A stretch of DNA of 64,000 nucleotides from Methylobacillus sp. (GCA_018607835.1 JABBAS010000010.1:16930-80929); one strand, 5' to 3'. Positions 21,623-32,984 are shown, counted from the first letter of the stretch. Made by a program: numbers and translations. Notes: generated from the letters alone by a model not told the origin.

Positions 21623-22795
21623 CTATACCTGCGCATCCACCCACCCGGCCTCGTACCACTCTGAAACCAGAGTCAGCGCATCCGCGCTCAGCGCTCCGAG
21701 ATCGCTTGCACCCAGCTGCTGATGATTCGCGAGTTGTCTCAAGAGTTCGAAGTCATGTCCGCCAGCCACATAGCTCTCGCCGTTGATAAACACGTGTCCG
21801 TCGTCGTACAGCAGGCGGGTTTTGACATTGACACGAATGCCCAAGCCAGCACCCAACACCGCCTCAAAAGGGGCCTCTGGCGCTTCAAACCACACACCCG
21901 GCTTGGGATCAGTCATCACCTCGCCTAGCGCACACGCCAATGCCAATGGTTGCGTCAAGACGCGATCAATGGCGTCTCGCGCAAAGTCACCCAGCGCTGC
22001 AGGCATGCGGGCCGGCTCGCGGGTTGCCGGCTGATTGGGATCACTGTAAAGCGTCTCGTCATCGAGCATTTCTCCCAGTCTTAACAGTACCTCACCAAGC
22101 AAACCACCACGTGCTGGTGCCTTAAACCCTACGGATAGCGTGATGCAGTCATCGCCTTGCGCCACACCGTTGTGCGCCCACTTGGGCGGCAAATAAAGCA
22201 TGTCGCCTGGACCAAGTAAATGGGTCTCCTCGGGCTCAAAGTGTGCCAATAGCTTCAGAGGCATATCTGCCTGTAGCCGCAGGTCCTTCTGCGGGCCAAT
22301 CTGCCAACGACGGGTGCCAGACAGCTGCAACAGGAAGACGTCGTAACTATCAAAGTGCGGGCCAACACCGCCACCATCTGACGCCCACGACACCATGGCA
22401 TCGTCTAGGCGAGCGTCGGGTAAAAAACGAAAAGCTGACAGCAACTCAGCCACGGCTGGATGCAGCACCTCGGCGCCCTGGACAAGCAATGTCCACGTGG
22501 GCGTTTTGACGCTGGATAGGATCTTGCTTGTAAAGGGCCCCTTGCGCATCGCCCACTTCCCCGCCTTGTCTTCTATGAGGCGGGACTCAACGCCCTCGCG
22601 ACAAGCCCAGTCAAACAACTCGGCACGAGACAACATGGCAGGGAGCGCGCCATGCGCGCCCCGTATCAGCAAGGGCTTCTTCTGCCAATGCGCCATCATG
22701 AAGTCCGTTGGGCTAAGCCCCCCCAATAAGGCCGATGGTTTGGCAATATCCTGTGGCATTTGTGCGCCAGTAGGCGTCTCGTTATCTTGGATCAT
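21623..22795 (-). CDS. roxA: JmjC/cupin 2-oxoglutarate oxygenase, RoxA/YcfD-like (uL16 hydroxylase family)
   Basis: WQKKPLLIR, RLDDAMVS, GPHFDSYDVFLLQ (HxD), GDMLYLPPKWAHNG. Confidence 0.8.
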   Translation of the reverse strand: MIQDNETPTGAQMPQDIAKPSALLGGLSPTDFMMAHWQKKPLLIRGAHGALPAMLSRAELFDWACREGVESRLIEDKAGKWAMRKGPFTSKILSSVKTPTWTLLVQGAEVLHPAVAELLSAFRFLPDARLDDAMVSWASDGGGVGPHFDSYDVFLLQLSGTRRWQIGPQKDLRLQADMPLKLLAHFEPEETHLLGPGDMLYLPPKWAHNGVAQGDDCITLSVGFKAPARGGLLGEVLLRLGEMLDDETLYSDPNQPATREPARMPAALGDFARDAIDRVLTQPLALACALGEVMTDPKPGVWFEAPEAPFEAVLGAGLGIRVNVKTRLLYDDGHVFINGESYVAGGHDFELLRQLANHQQLGASDLGALSADALTLVSEWYEAGWVDAQV

Positions 22796-22809
22796 GGGAC
22801 AATTGTCCT
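22796..22809. promoter_or_regulatory. Candidate bidirectional -10 element for two leaderless divergent genes
   Basis: CAT-GGGACAATTGTCCT-ATG: the palindrome GGACAATTGTCC gives GACAAT + 6 nt + ATG on both strands. Confidence 0.65.
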
Positions 22810-23367
22810 ATGAAAATTACAGAACAATGCGTGGTCGGGCTGCGCTGGACGCTAAAAGATACGTTGGGTGAGGTGCTAGACCAGACCGACGAGGCCATTG
22901 AATTTTTAGTCGGTGGCGACGACTTGCTCCCCAAATTGCAAGACGCGTTGCTTGGCCACGTAGTCGGTGATCAGGTGGAACTACAGATTGAGCCCATCGA
23001 CGCCTTCGGCGAATACGACGAGAGCCTGGTTTTCCTGGAAAAGCGCAGCCTATTTCCAGAGAACCTAGAAGACGGCATGGTGTTTGAAGGCTTGCCGCCC
23101 GGTTGCAACGCCGAGGCCCCGTCAAACAAGTTGTTTTTTGTGTCCGACATTTACCCAGAACACGTGGTGCTGGATGGCAACCACCCCCTCGCGGGGATTG
23201 CCATCCGTATCAGTGCATCCGTGCACAGCGTGCGTGATGCCACCATTAGTGAGGTCGGCGCCGGCACGTTAGGCACTGGTTTTTTGCGGCTGTCTGACGA
23301 CGCAGGCAGCAACCAGGCGGCCGATGAGCCCCATGTGCACGGACCCGATTGCGGTCACTTGCACTGA
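22810..23367 (+). CDS. slyD: FKBP-type peptidyl-prolyl isomerase, SlyD-like
   Basis: FKBP fold (AFGEYD, VVLDGNHPLAG, VRDAT); His/Cys tail HVHGPDCGHLH. Confidence 0.8.
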   Translation: MKITEQCVVGLRWTLKDTLGEVLDQTDEAIEFLVGGDDLLPKLQDALLGHVVGDQVELQIEPIDAFGEYDESLVFLEKRSLFPENLEDGMVFEGLPPGCNAEAPSNKLFFVSDIYPEHVVLDGNHPLAGIAIRISASVHSVRDATISEVGAGTLGTGFLRLSDDAGSNQAADEPHVHGPDCGHLH

Positions 23368-23391
23368 GGTTTCGGTTTCGGTTTCAGTTTT
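23368..23391. repeat. Short tandem hexamer repeat (GGTTTC)x3 plus AGTTTT
   Basis: Read directly in the convergent slyD/dut gap. Confidence 0.7.
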
Positions 23392-23431
23392 GATTCCGGC
23401 TGCCGTCTGAGCGCGGGCGCACAGTTGAAGC

Positions 23432-23881
23432 CTAGCGGCGCCCCGTCGAGCCGTAACCACCGCCAGCGCGTTCACTGGTATCGGCGAAGGCCTCAACCAC
23501 GTTGAAGCGCGCTTGCACAACGGGCACGATCACCAGTTGCGCAATTCGCTCCATCGGCTCGATAGTGAATGCCTTCTGGCTGCGGTTCCAAGCGCTCACC
23601 ATGAGCTGGCCCTGATAATCGCTGTCGATCAAGCCGACCAAATTACCCAAAACAATGCCGTGCTTATGCCCCATGCCAGAACGGGGCAGGATCATGGCAG
23701 CAAAGGCAGGGTCAGCCAAGTACATCGCCATACCCGTAGGGACCAGCTGCCACGCGTTAGGCTCAAGCGTGAGAGGCACCTCTAAGCATGCCCGCAAGTC
23801 AAGCCCAGCGCTGCCAGCCGTGGCGTACGCGGGCATCGCCTCGCGCAGCCGCTGGTCTAGGATCTGGATATCAACCTGCAT
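23432..23881 (-). CDS. dut: dUTP diphosphatase
   Basis: [38 protein letters not shown]. Start set to ATG 23881. Confidence 0.95.
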   Translation of the reverse strand: MQVDIQILDQRLREAMPAYATAGSAGLDLRACLEVPLTLEPNAWQLVPTGMAMYLADPAFAAMILPRSGMGHKHGIVLGNLVGLIDSDYQGQLMVSAWNRSQKAFTIEPMERIAQLVIVPVVQARFNVVEAFADTSERAGGGYGSTGRR

Positions 23882-23895
23882 ACCGACGTTACCGG

Positions 23896-25581
23896 TTACC
23901 AATTGTCGTTCGTGCCGGTACCCGACCCGTAGTCTTCCACAGGCGCATCCAACAAGTTCTCTACCGCTTCTGCGCTCAGCTTCTTCGTCTGGGTGATACC
24001 GCCCGATACCAGTTCAGGGTTGAACATAATCACCGCGACCATGATCAACTGCAGGATGATAAAGGCGATTGAACCCTTATAGATCTGCGTTGTTTTAACC
24101 GCGGGGATACGCTCTTTCGTCACCTCATCGGTGTAGTCTTTACGAGCGGCAACGCTGCGTAAATAGAACAACGCGAATCCAAATGGCGGTGTCAGGAACG
24201 ACGTCTGCATGTTCATCGCAAGCAAGATACCAAACCAAACCAAGTCGATTCCCATCTTCTCCGCGACTGGGGCGAGCATTGGAATGACAATGAAAGCAAT
24301 TTCAAAGAAATCAATGAACATGCCCAAGAAGAAGACCAGACTGTTTACGACAATCAGGAATCCGATCTGACCACCTGGCACCTTGCTAAACAAGTGCTCG
24401 ACCCAAATATGCCCATCGGCAGCGTTGAAGGTGAAGCTAAAGACAGTCGATCCGACCAAGATGAACATCACAAAGATCGATAGACGTGTGGAGTTCTCCA
24501 AGGCCCCCGTTAGAACAGCAAATGTCAGCCGCCCTCTGAGTAAAGACATCAGGAACGCACCCACCGCGCCCATCGCACCGCCCTCGGTTGGCGTTGCAAT
24601 ACCCAAAAAGATCGTCCCGAGTACCAAGAAGATCAAGACAAGGGGTGGAATGAGTACAAACGTTACCTGCTCAGTCAGGCGAGAGAGCAAACCCAAACGC
24701 AAAAATTTGTTTGCGAAAGCAAGCGACATCGCTAGGAACGATGCCACGGTGGTCGACATAATCAACGTTTCATCACCGGGTGCGGGCGTCTCACGCTGCA
24801 ATAGCGGATTCATGATGCTCTCGTGCACCTCCGACCAAATATAGCCCACCACGCCACAAAGAACGAACAAGGCCAAAAGCGACCAGTGACCGCTGCTGCC
24901 TGTCGGCTCAATATAAATACGCGCCTCTTTGGGTAGCGCAGGCACCCATTTCGGCCGAATCAATGCCACGCCAGCGATGAACAGCAAGTAGAGGCTGACC
25001 AACATCAGACCCGGATACAGCGCACCTTGGTACATGTCGCCCACAGAACGGCCTAACTGGTCTGCCAAGACGATGAGCACCAAGGAAGGCGGTAGCGCTT
25101 GAGCCAACGTTCCTGAGGCGGTGATCGCGCCAGTCGCAATGGTTCGGTTGTACCCATAGCGCAGCATGATAGGCAATGAAATAAGGCCCATAGAGATCAC
25201 GGCAGCCGCTACGACACCCGTGGTGGCCGCCAACAAGGCACCCACCATAATCACCGCGACGGCAAGGCCACCTCGCACGGGACCAAACACCTGGGCCACC
25301 GTCTCGAGCAGCTCCTCGGCCATTCGGCTTCTCTCAAGAATAATGCCCATGAGCGTAAAAAACGGAATCGCCAACAGCGTTTCGTTGGACATGATGCCCA
25401 ACATACGAAGCGGCAGCGCTTGAAACAAAACGTCTGGGAAAAGACCGAACTCCATCCCAATGAAACCGAAGGTCAAGCCCGTGGCAGCCAGTGAAAATGC
25501 AACGGGGAAGCCTGTCAACAGAAAACAGAACAGCCCAATAAACATGAAGGGCACAAAGTTTTCACTCAAAAATTCGATCAT
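23896..25581 (-). CDS. dctM: TRAP transporter large permease subunit
   Basis: [48 protein letters not shown]. Confidence 0.9.
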   Translation of the reverse strand: MIEFLSENFVPFMFIGLFCFLLTGFPVAFSLAATGLTFGFIGMEFGLFPDVLFQALPLRMLGIMSNETLLAIPFFTLMGIILERSRMAEELLETVAQVFGPVRGGLAVAVIMVGALLAATTGVVAAAVISMGLISLPIMLRYGYNRTIATGAITASGTLAQALPPSLVLIVLADQLGRSVGDMYQGALYPGLMLVSLYLLFIAGVALIRPKWVPALPKEARIYIEPTGSSGHWSLLALFVLCGVVGYIWSEVHESIMNPLLQRETPAPGDETLIMSTTVASFLAMSLAFANKFLRLGLLSRLTEQVTFVLIPPLVLIFLVLGTIFLGIATPTEGGAMGAVGAFLMSLLRGRLTFAVLTGALENSTRLSIFVMFILVGSTVFSFTFNAADGHIWVEHLFSKVPGGQIGFLIVVNSLVFFLGMFIDFFEIAFIVIPMLAPVAEKMGIDLVWFGILLAMNMQTSFLTPPFGFALFYLRSVAARKDYTDEVTKERIPAVKTTQIYKGSIAFIILQLIMVAVIMFNPELVSGGITQTKKLSAEAVENLLDAPVEDYGSGTGTNDNW

Positions 25582-26159
25582 GCTGCGTCCCTCGCTTCCG
25601 CCTCAATCTTGTCTCTTTTTTGATTCGCCTCGTGCTCGTAGTTCAAGACATCAACACCATCAAAAAAGAGGTAATTGACGCGCTTTGCAAGCTCAGATAA
25701 GCCCTGCAACGCCAAGAGCGCAAATCCAACGGGGATTAACGCGTATATGGGCCAGCGAATCAAACCACCTGGGCTAAAGGATGTCTCGCCGGATACGTAG
25801 GCACGCTCCAATAGCGGTACCCCCATGTAAATCATCATTGCGCAAAATGGGAGAAGGAACACGATCACGCCGCCGATGTCTATCCAGTTACGTGTTCGAT
25901 CGGACAACCTGCTAGCAAGGACGTCAATACGGACGTGCACGTTGTGCAGAAAGCCGTAGCCCGCACCCAACATAAAAACGGCGGCGAAAAGATACCACTG
26001 AACTTCTAAGAAGGCGTTGGAGCCTATGCCAAAAATATAGCGTACCAAGGCATTGCCGGCGCTGATTGCAGTCGCCGCGAAAATCATCCAAATAGAGATC
26101 TTGCCAATGCCGATATTTATAAGATCAATCCAGCCGGCGATCTTCATGATATTTTTCAC
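25578..26159 (-). CDS. dctQ: TRAP transporter small permease subunit
   Basis: Four TM segments, EVQWYLF, HVRIDV; ATGA overlap with dctM. Confidence 0.88.
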   Translation of the reverse strand: MKNIMKIAGWIDLINIGIGKISIWMIFAATAISAGNALVRYIFGIGSNAFLEVQWYLFAAVFMLGAGYGFLHNVHVRIDVLASRLSDRTRNWIDIGGVIVFLLPFCAMMIYMGVPLLERAYVSGETSFSPGGLIRWPIYALIPVGFALLALQGLSELAKRVNYLFFDGVDVLNYEHEANQKRDKIEAEARDAA

Positions 26160-26250
26160 ACTAACTCCTCATCCCAAGTAAACCGCAAACCTTCGATTTT
26201 ATTTGAACTCTGACGATCAAACGACTCAATGCAATAAATTCTGAAAATAT

Positions 26251-26283
26251 AAAGAAAAAACCCCGCCGGAGCGGGGTCTTTTC
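26251..26283 (-). terminator. Intrinsic terminator/attenuating hairpin after dctP
   Basis: On the minus strand: ACCCCGC-TCCG-GCGGGGT followed by TTTTTCTTT. Confidence 0.8.
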
Positions 26284-26295
26284 ACACGCGTCCGA

Positions 26296-27378
26296 TTACA
26301 GCTTCGCTTGCTGCATGTAACGGTCGAAGGTTCCTTCTGTCAAACGGAACCATGCGTTTTGGTCCTTACGGAACGCTTTGTAGTCAGTGTAGATTTTCTT
26401 CCAATCTTCATTGGTATCTGACAACTCGTCGTAAGACTTCATGGCGTAGTTGAAAGCGGCATCCATGATGTCTTTTGGCATCTGGCGCAACTTCGTACCT
26501 GAAGCCAACAGCGTCTTGAGCGCTTGTGGGTTACGAGCGTCATATTTCGCGGTCATGTTGATCATGGCCTTGGCTGACGCCGCCGAAATAATTGCTTGGT
26601 ACTCTTTCGGCAACTTGTTGTAGGCATCACGGTTAATCATGACGTCAATCTCTGGGCCACCCTCCCACCAGCCGGGGTAGTAGTAGTAAGGCGCCACTTT
26701 GTTGAAGCCCAGCTTCATGTCGTCATATGGACCAACCCACTCACATGCGTCAATCGTGCCTTTTTCCAGCGCTTGATAGATCTCGCCGCCTGGAATGTTC
26801 TGAGGAACGCCGCCGATGCCGCCGACAACGGTACCGCCAAAGCCACCAATACGCATCTTCAAGCCTTGGAAGTCTGCCAAGCTCTTGATCTCTTTACGGT
26901 ACCAGCCACCCATTTGAGCGCCTGTGTTGCCCGCAGGGAAAGCGACCACGTTGTACTTGGCATAGAACTCGCCCAACAACTTGGCACCGTTGCCTTGATA
27001 CATCCAAGCGGTACGCTGACGCGCATTCAAGCCGAAAGGAATCGCACTACCCAAACCGAAGGCAGGGCTCTTACCGAAGAAGTAGTAAGGCGCTGTGTGC
27101 GCCACTTCGATGGTGCCAGACTGTGCTGCATCCAGCACGCCAAATGCAGGCACCAACTCGCCTGGAGCATGTGTCGTAATTTGGAACTTGCCGCCCGTCA
27201 TCTCGCTCACGTATTGGGCGAAGTCAGGTGCACCGCCCCACAGTGTGTCCAACGACTTCGGGAAGCTTGATGCAAGACGCCAGCGAATGACCTCTTGAGC
27301 GTGAACGACGGCTGGGGCAACGCCCGCCGCCAATACGCCGGCCATACCAGCGTTTTTAATAAGGGAACGACGATCCAT
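26296..27378 (-). CDS. dctP: TRAP substrate-binding protein, TakP-like (2-oxo/monocarboxylate family), Tat-exported
   Basis: Tat-like MDRRSLIK, WRLASSFPKSLD, GNTGAQMGGWY, KMRIGG, EWVGPYDD, YPGWWEG. Confidence 0.85.
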   Translation of the reverse strand: MDRRSLIKNAGMAGVLAAGVAPAVVHAQEVIRWRLASSFPKSLDTLWGGAPDFAQYVSEMTGGKFQITTHAPGELVPAFGVLDAAQSGTIEVAHTAPYYFFGKSPAFGLGSAIPFGLNARQRTAWMYQGNGAKLLGEFYAKYNVVAFPAGNTGAQMGGWYRKEIKSLADFQGLKMRIGGFGGTVVGGIGGVPQNIPGGEIYQALEKGTIDACEWVGPYDDMKLGFNKVAPYYYYPGWWEGGPEIDVMINRDAYNKLPKEYQAIISAASAKAMINMTAKYDARNPQALKTLLASGTKLRQMPKDIMDAAFNYAMKSYDELSDTNEDWKKIYTDYKAFRKDQNAWFRLTEGTFDRYMQQAKL

Positions 27379-27569
27379 ATAGATTGACTCCGGTTTTTTC
27401 AAAAACAAGGAGATTAAGCCTGAGCAAAACCACCACGAGACTAAGACTAGCCAGTGATCATTCTAGAGACAGAAACGGGTCATTTTGTCAGGGGTTTTCC
27501 CTTGTAACACCAAAGCATACGGTAGCGGATCGTGCGTGTCACACATCACGCATTTAAGCCGCCAGACGA

Positions 27570-29417
27570 TCAGAAAAAACGCTCGCTAATCGCGGCTTGA
27601 ATGCCGTCGGCACTCAGACCCACCGCAGCCAACAATTTCGCGGGATCTCCATGCTCAATAAATTGATCAGGCAGTCCCAAGGCAAGCACCGGATGTGTCT
27701 GCGCGTGCGCCTGCAGGTAAGCCATTACGGCGCTACCTGCGCCGCCATCCACGGCCGCCTCCTCAAGCGTCACGATCGCCTCGTGCGACGCCAACACCCG
27801 CGCGAGCATCGCCTCATCCAGCGGCTTTGCCCAACGCATGTTGACAACGGTCAGATCCAAAGCTTCTGCCGCTTGCTGCGCCGCATGCATCAGTGGGCCA
27901 AAAGCCAATACAGCCACACGCTTGCCACTGCGAACCAGCGCTGCCTCGCCATAGGGCAAGGCCTCAAGGTCGCGCCCCGCATCCATACCCGTTCCGCTTC
28001 CCCTAGGGTAGCGAACTGCCACCGGGTGATCACGTCCATACGCCGTGCTTAATAGTTGACGGCACTCCCGCTCATCGGTCGGGCACGCGATTCCCATGTT
28101 GGGGATACAACGCAAAAACGCGATGTCATACGCACCCGCATGCGTCGCGCCATCAGCACCCACTAAACCAGCGCGGTCCAGTGCAAACACGACGGGGAGA
28201 TTTTGCAAGGCCACATCATGAATGAGTTGATCGTAGCCACGCTGCAAGAAGGTCGAGTAAATCGCCACGACGGGCTTCATCCCATCGCACGCCAAGCCCG
28301 CCGCAAAGGTGACCGCGTGTTGCTCAGCGATGCCGACGTCAAAGTACCGGTCGGGAAACTGCTCGGAAAAGCCCACCATGCCAGAGCCCTCACGCATGGC
28401 TGGCGTGATGCCAACTAAGCGTTTGTCGGCCGCAGCCATGTCACACAACCACTGTCCAAAAACGTTGGCATACGTGGGTTTGGGAGGGGTCGCTGGCTTT
28501 TGAATACCCACAACGGGGTCGAATTTACCGGGGCCGTGATACAGCACGGGATCGGCCTCGGCTAACTTGTAACCTTGGCCTTTTTTAGTGACCACGTGTA
28601 AGAACTGCGGACCACTCAAATTTTTAATATTCTCTAAGGTCGGAATGAGCGAATCCAGATCGTGCCCATCAATCGGGCCGATGTAGTTAAAGCCAAATTT
28701 TTCAAAGAGCGTCGCCGGAACGACCATGCCTTTGGCGCTCTCTTCAATCCGCTTAGCCAACTCAAACAGCGGTGGCGCGCTTTTCAGAACACGCTTACCG
28801 ACGTCTTTTGCCGTCGAGTAAAACTGACCACTCATTAATTGCGCCAGATACCGGTTGAGTGCGCCAACAGGCGGCGAGATAGACATGTCGTTGTCGTTCA
28901 ATATGACCAACAACTTGCCGTCCTCAACCCCCGCGCTGTTCATGGCCTCAAATGCCATTCCCGCCGTCAACGCGCCATCACCGATGATCGCGACACTGTG
29001 TCGATCCGACCCCTGCAATTTAGCCGCCATCGCCATACCCAAGGCGGCTGAAATAGACGTCGATGAATGCGCGGTGCCGAAGGCGTCATAAGGGCTCTCA
29101 CTGCGCACAGGAAAACCGCTGATGCCGCCCAACTGGCGCAACGTCGGCATGGCATCTCGCCGCCCCGTGATGACCTTGTGCGGGTAGGTTTGATGACCCA
29201 CATCCCACACCAAACGGTCCTCCGGGGTGTTGAACACGTAATGCAACGCAACGGTCAATTCCACCGTGCCCAGGTTTGAGCCCAGATGCCCCCCTGTTTT
29301 GGACACGCTGCTCAGAATAAATTGTCTCAACTCATCCGCCAGTTGAGGTAACGCCGATCGAGGCAATTGCCGCAAATCGGCGGGGGAGTTGACAGAGCGC
29401 AACAAGTCAGACATCAA
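27570..29417 (-). CDS. dxs: 1-deoxy-D-xylulose-5-phosphate synthase
   Basis: [16 protein letters not shown], ThDP motif GDGALTAG...NDND, GIAEQHA, YSTFLQR. Confidence 0.96.
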   Translation of the reverse strand: MMSDLLRSVNSPADLRQLPRSALPQLADELRQFILSSVSKTGGHLGSNLGTVELTVALHYVFNTPEDRLVWDVGHQTYPHKVITGRRDAMPTLRQLGGISGFPVRSESPYDAFGTAHSSTSISAALGMAMAAKLQGSDRHSVAIIGDGALTAGMAFEAMNSAGVEDGKLLVILNDNDMSISPPVGALNRYLAQLMSGQFYSTAKDVGKRVLKSAPPLFELAKRIEESAKGMVVPATLFEKFGFNYIGPIDGHDLDSLIPTLENIKNLSGPQFLHVVTKKGQGYKLAEADPVLYHGPGKFDPVVGIQKPATPPKPTYANVFGQWLCDMAAADKRLVGITPAMREGSGMVGFSEQFPDRYFDVGIAEQHAVTFAAGLACDGMKPVVAIYSTFLQRGYDQLIHDVALQNLPVVFALDRAGLVGADGATHAGAYDIAFLRCIPNMGIACPTDERECRQLLSTAYGRDHPVAVRYPRGSGTGMDAGRDLEALPYGEAALVRSGKRVAVLAFGPLMHAAQQAAEALDLTVVNMRWAKPLDEAMLARVLASHEAIVTLEEAAVDGGAGSAVMAYLQAHAQTHPVLALGLPDQFIEHGDPAKLLAAVGLSADGIQAAISERFF

Positions 29418-29462
29418 ACACTTTCATCAAATAGTTGGCGAGGCATCACCGCACACACGGGA

Positions 29463-30389
29463 TCAATGCGTCCTCGCAACAACGTGCATGGCGAGCGCGC
29501 GTAGCGCATGCGCCTCAGCCAGGCCCGCCGCATCCAGCGCACCAAGGGCCTCTGCAATCAAACGATCAGCGTAGCGCTTGGCTGGGTCCAGACCCAATAA
29601 AGAAACAAAGGTGGGCTTATTCGCCGCGGCGTCTTTACCAGCGGTTTTTCCTAGCGTGGCCGTATCGGACAGCACGTCGAGCACGTCGTCCACGACCTGA
29701 AAGGCCAAGCCAACCCGCTGCCCATACGTCGTTAGCGCACGTGCCACCTCTGCATCAATCGGGCCGCATAGCCCCCCCATGGAGACAGCAGCGCGCAACA
29801 ATGCACCGGTCTTCAGTGCGTGCATATGTTCAAGCGCTGGCTGGTCAAGCGGGCGCCCGACACTCGCGAGGTCAATGCCCTGACCGCCTGCCATGCCCAT
29901 CGCGCCAGCCGCGCCGGCCAAGGTACGGCACCACGCAAGGCGCCAGTCACCCGGAATATCGGCATCGCCAGACAGCAAACAATCAAAGGCCTGCGCCTGT
30001 AGCGCATCGCCAGCTAAGAGCGCCTGTGCCTCACCAAACTGCACATGCACGGTGGGTTTTCCCCGCCGCAAGACATCATCATCCATGCAAGGCATGTCAT
30101 CGTGAACCAATGAATAGGCGTGAATCAATTCCACCGCGCACCCTGCGCGCAGTGCCGCGTCCCTCACCATCGGACTCAGATTTTCCGTGGCATCGTGGTT
30201 AACCGCCTCGCAGGCGGCCAGCGCCAGTAAAGGGCGTACGCGCTTGCCGCCGTTGGTGACGCTGTAGCGCATGGCTTCCCCTAGCGGCTCAGGGGCGCTG
30301 GTCGGCAAGCATTGATCCAGCGCCAGGTCGATCTCGTCGACACGCTGCACCATCCATGACGTTAAATCGAACTGGGCCATACCGTTCAC
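29463..30389 (-). CDS. ispA: Farnesyl diphosphate synthase / geranyltranstransferase
   Basis: [42 protein letters not shown]. Confidence 0.92.
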   Translation of the reverse strand: MNGMAQFDLTSWMVQRVDEIDLALDQCLPTSAPEPLGEAMRYSVTNGGKRVRPLLALAACEAVNHDATENLSPMVRDAALRAGCAVELIHAYSLVHDDMPCMDDDVLRRGKPTVHVQFGEAQALLAGDALQAQAFDCLLSGDADIPGDWRLAWCRTLAGAAGAMGMAGGQGIDLASVGRPLDQPALEHMHALKTGALLRAAVSMGGLCGPIDAEVARALTTYGQRVGLAFQVVDDVLDVLSDTATLGKTAGKDAAANKPTFVSLLGLDPAKRYADRLIAEALGALDAAGLAEAHALRALAMHVVARTH

Positions 30390-30625
30390 GCATCCCGCTC
30401 CCAGGCCTTGGCTTGCTCACCCTCCATGACCTTGACTTGGCTCTCGATCGCGTCCAACTGGCCGCGACAAAAAGTCAGCAATTCAGCGCTGCGTTTGTAG
30501 TGCGCCAACAATTGATCCAGGGGCAACTGCCCGGACTCCAGCAACTCGGTGAGCGTCTCCAACTCCGCCACCGCCGCCTCGTAGGTCGCTGGCAATTCGC
30601 TGGACGGAAGATTTTTCTTGGGCAT
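30386..30625 (-). CDS. xseB: Exodeoxyribonuclease VII small subunit
   Basis: YEAAVAELE...[10 protein letters not shown]...YKRSAEL...C; upstream of ispA. Start ATG 30625 with AGGA RBS. Confidence 0.92.
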   Translation of the reverse strand: MPKKNLPSSELPATYEAAVAELETLTELLESGQLPLDQLLAHYKRSAELLTFCRGQLDAIESQVKVMEGEQAKAWERDA

Positions 30626-30850
30626 ACTGATCCTATGAGTGCAGGGCGGGTAGACGACTATTCTAGATCCCAATCCCTGCGGGTGGCCGGGCTCGCCCAA
30701 GTTCAGCAAGCCAGCGACGGATATTCGTCGGATATAATCGAGGGTTACCCCGCTTTCTCAGGAGTTTGCCGCGCCCGTTGGCATTCGTTTTCGTGTCATT
30801 GCACACCTTCCCTGCCCCTTCATAGGGGGAGTCTCTAGGTCAGGATCACT

Positions 30851-31981
30851 ATGTCTGATTTAAGTCTTCAACTTCAGCAGGCCAAGAGTCAACTCTCGGT
30901 TTCTTCTTATTTTGACCAAGCGCTTTTTCAGCGCGAGATGGAAACCATCTTCCGATCGGGGCCCCGCTACGTGGGTCACCGCTTAGCTGTACCCGAGCGG
31001 GGCGATTACTTTAGCCTGCGCCATGAGGGGCACGGCCGCGCGCTGGTCCACGGTAGCAATGGCATTGAACTGCTGTCCAATGTCTGCCGTCACCGCCAAG
31101 CTGCCATGCTGAAGGGCCGTGGGAATCTATCCGATACACAACCCGGTAGCGCGGGCGGCAACATTGTTTGCCCGTTGCACCGCTGGACCTACAACGAGCA
31201 GGGTCGTTTGCTCGGTGCGCCTCATTTCTCCCAAGACCCCTGCCTGAACTTAAACCAATACCGCTTGCGTGAGTGGAACGGTTTGCTTTTTGAAGACAAC
31301 GGGCTGGATATTCAGCGTGACTTACACAACTTGGGGCCCACCAGTGCACTGAACTTTGACGGGTTTGTGCTCGACCACGTGGAGATGCACGAGTGCAACT
31401 ACAACTGGAAGACCTTCATCGAGGTTTACCTTGAGGACTACCACGTCGAGCCCTTCCACCCAGGACTCGGTAATTTTGTCACCTGCGACGATCTGCGTTG
31501 GGAGTTTGGCGACGCCTACTCAGTGCAAACCGTTGGCGTGACGAACTTGCGCCAGAGCGGTAGCCCGGCATACGCGCGTTGGCACGACGTACTCATGCAG
31601 TACCGCAATGGGGAGCTGCCCGCCTACGGTGCCATCTGGCTCACTTATTACCCCCACATCATGATTGAGTGGTACCCGCATGTACTAACGGTCTCCACGC
31701 TGTACCCATTGGCGGTTGATCGCACCATGAATGTGGTGGAGTTCTTCTACCCCGAGGAAATTGCGGCGTTCGAGCGTGAGTTTGTGGAAGCCCAGCGCGC
31801 CGCCTACATGGAGACCGCGGTTGAGGACGACGAGATTGCCGAGCGCATGGATGAGGGCCGATTGGCCTTGTACAAGCGCGGCGACAACGAAGTGGGGCCT
31901 TATCAAAGCCCAATGGAAGACGGCATGCAACACTTCCATGAGTGGTACCGCGGCAAAGTCGACCTGCCCGACAACGCTTAA
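30851..31981 (+). CDS. Rieske non-heme iron oxygenase alpha-type subunit (choline-monooxygenase-like); probable putrescine 2-hydroxylase family
   Basis: Rieske CRH...CPLH; mononuclear Fe site NWKTFIEVYLEDYHVEPFH plus a distal Asp. The specific substrate is inferred from family knowledge. Confidence 0.8.
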   Translation: MSDLSLQLQQAKSQLSVSSYFDQALFQREMETIFRSGPRYVGHRLAVPERGDYFSLRHEGHGRALVHGSNGIELLSNVCRHRQAAMLKGRGNLSDTQPGSAGGNIVCPLHRWTYNEQGRLLGAPHFSQDPCLNLNQYRLREWNGLLFEDNGLDIQRDLHNLGPTSALNFDGFVLDHVEMHECNYNWKTFIEVYLEDYHVEPFHPGLGNFVTCDDLRWEFGDAYSVQTVGVTNLRQSGSPAYARWHDVLMQYRNGELPAYGAIWLTYYPHIMIEWYPHVLTVSTLYPLAVDRTMNVVEFFYPEEIAAFEREFVEAQRAAYMETAVEDDEIAERMDEGRLALYKRGDNEVGPYQSPMEDGMQHFHEWYRGKVDLPDNA

Positions 31982-32011
31982 ACCACTTGGGCGCGCTGGC
32001 GCCACCTCACC

Positions 32012-32935
32012 ATGCAATCCCTTTGGATGCTACTCGCCGCGTTCTTGTTTGCCACCATGGGGGTTTGCGTTAAATTTGCAACGCAGTATGTGCACAGCTT
32101 TGAGGTCGTGATGTACCGCGGCCTCATTGGTGTACTTGTCTTGGCGTGGTGGTACCGAAAAAAGGGTTGGGGCTTTTATCGAACCGCCGTGCCCGGCATG
32201 CATCTATGGCGCAATGTCGTGGGCGTCACCTCCCTGTGTTGCTGGTTCTACGCCATCTCTGAAATCCCGCTGGCCACAGCCATGACCTTGCAATACATGA
32301 GCAGCGTCTGGATGGCTGTCTTTCTAATGGCTGGCGCCCTCACCTTACAGGCTTCGCGCAACGGCTTTCGAGGCCAAGGGCCACTGGTGGGCACCATACT
32401 GATGGGGTTTGCAGGCGTCGCCCTCTTACTGCGCCCCACCTTCTCTTCAGACCAAGGTTTCGCAGCCATCGTTGGTCTGTTGTCAGGCATCATCTCCGCG
32501 CTCGCCTACCTACAAGTCGCCGCGTTGGCCCGTGTGGGTGAACCCGAAACCCGCGTCGTTTTTTACTTTTCTGTCGGCGCAGCCCTCACGGGCTTGGCGG
32601 GCACGTGGGCACTGGGTGCGAGCACCATGACATGGGCGGCTGCCGCTTGGCTGATTCCGGTCGGCGCATTGGCGCTGGTTGGGCAAATTTGCCTCACCCG
32701 CGCCTACGCCTCAGGCGCCACCCTGCTAGTGGCCAATCTACAGTACTTCGGAATCGTGGTCGCCTGCCTTTACAGCGTGTGGCTATTCGATGACCACTTG
32801 CCGCTAGGAAGCTGGGTGGGCATGGCCTTAATCGTTGCCAGCGGCGTCATCGCAACGGTATTGCGTCGGCGCGGTATCCCCAGCATGGCCGCCCCAACGC
32901 CGCAAGCCACACAGCCAGACCGCGACTCGCGCTAA
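32012..32935 (+). CDS. DMT/EamA family transporter
   Basis: Two EamA repeats, about 10 TM segments. Confidence 0.88.
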   Translation: MQSLWMLLAAFLFATMGVCVKFATQYVHSFEVVMYRGLIGVLVLAWWYRKKGWGFYRTAVPGMHLWRNVVGVTSLCCWFYAISEIPLATAMTLQYMSSVWMAVFLMAGALTLQASRNGFRGQGPLVGTILMGFAGVALLLRPTFSSDQGFAAIVGLLSGIISALAYLQVAALARVGEPETRVVFYFSVGAALTGLAGTWALGASTMTWAAAAWLIPVGALALVGQICLTRAYASGATLLVANLQYFGIVVACLYSVWLFDDHLPLGSWVGMALIVASGVIATVLRRRGIPSMAAPTPQATQPDRDSR

Positions 32936-32984
32936 CATAAGCGTACCCAACGCTTTAGGGCCAGTGCCACAAAGAGGAATACAG

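Noticed and set aside
30710-30850. Riboswitch in the Rieske gene leader
   Set aside because: Only a small CCCCT/AGGGG hairpin; no known aptamer consensus matched by eye.
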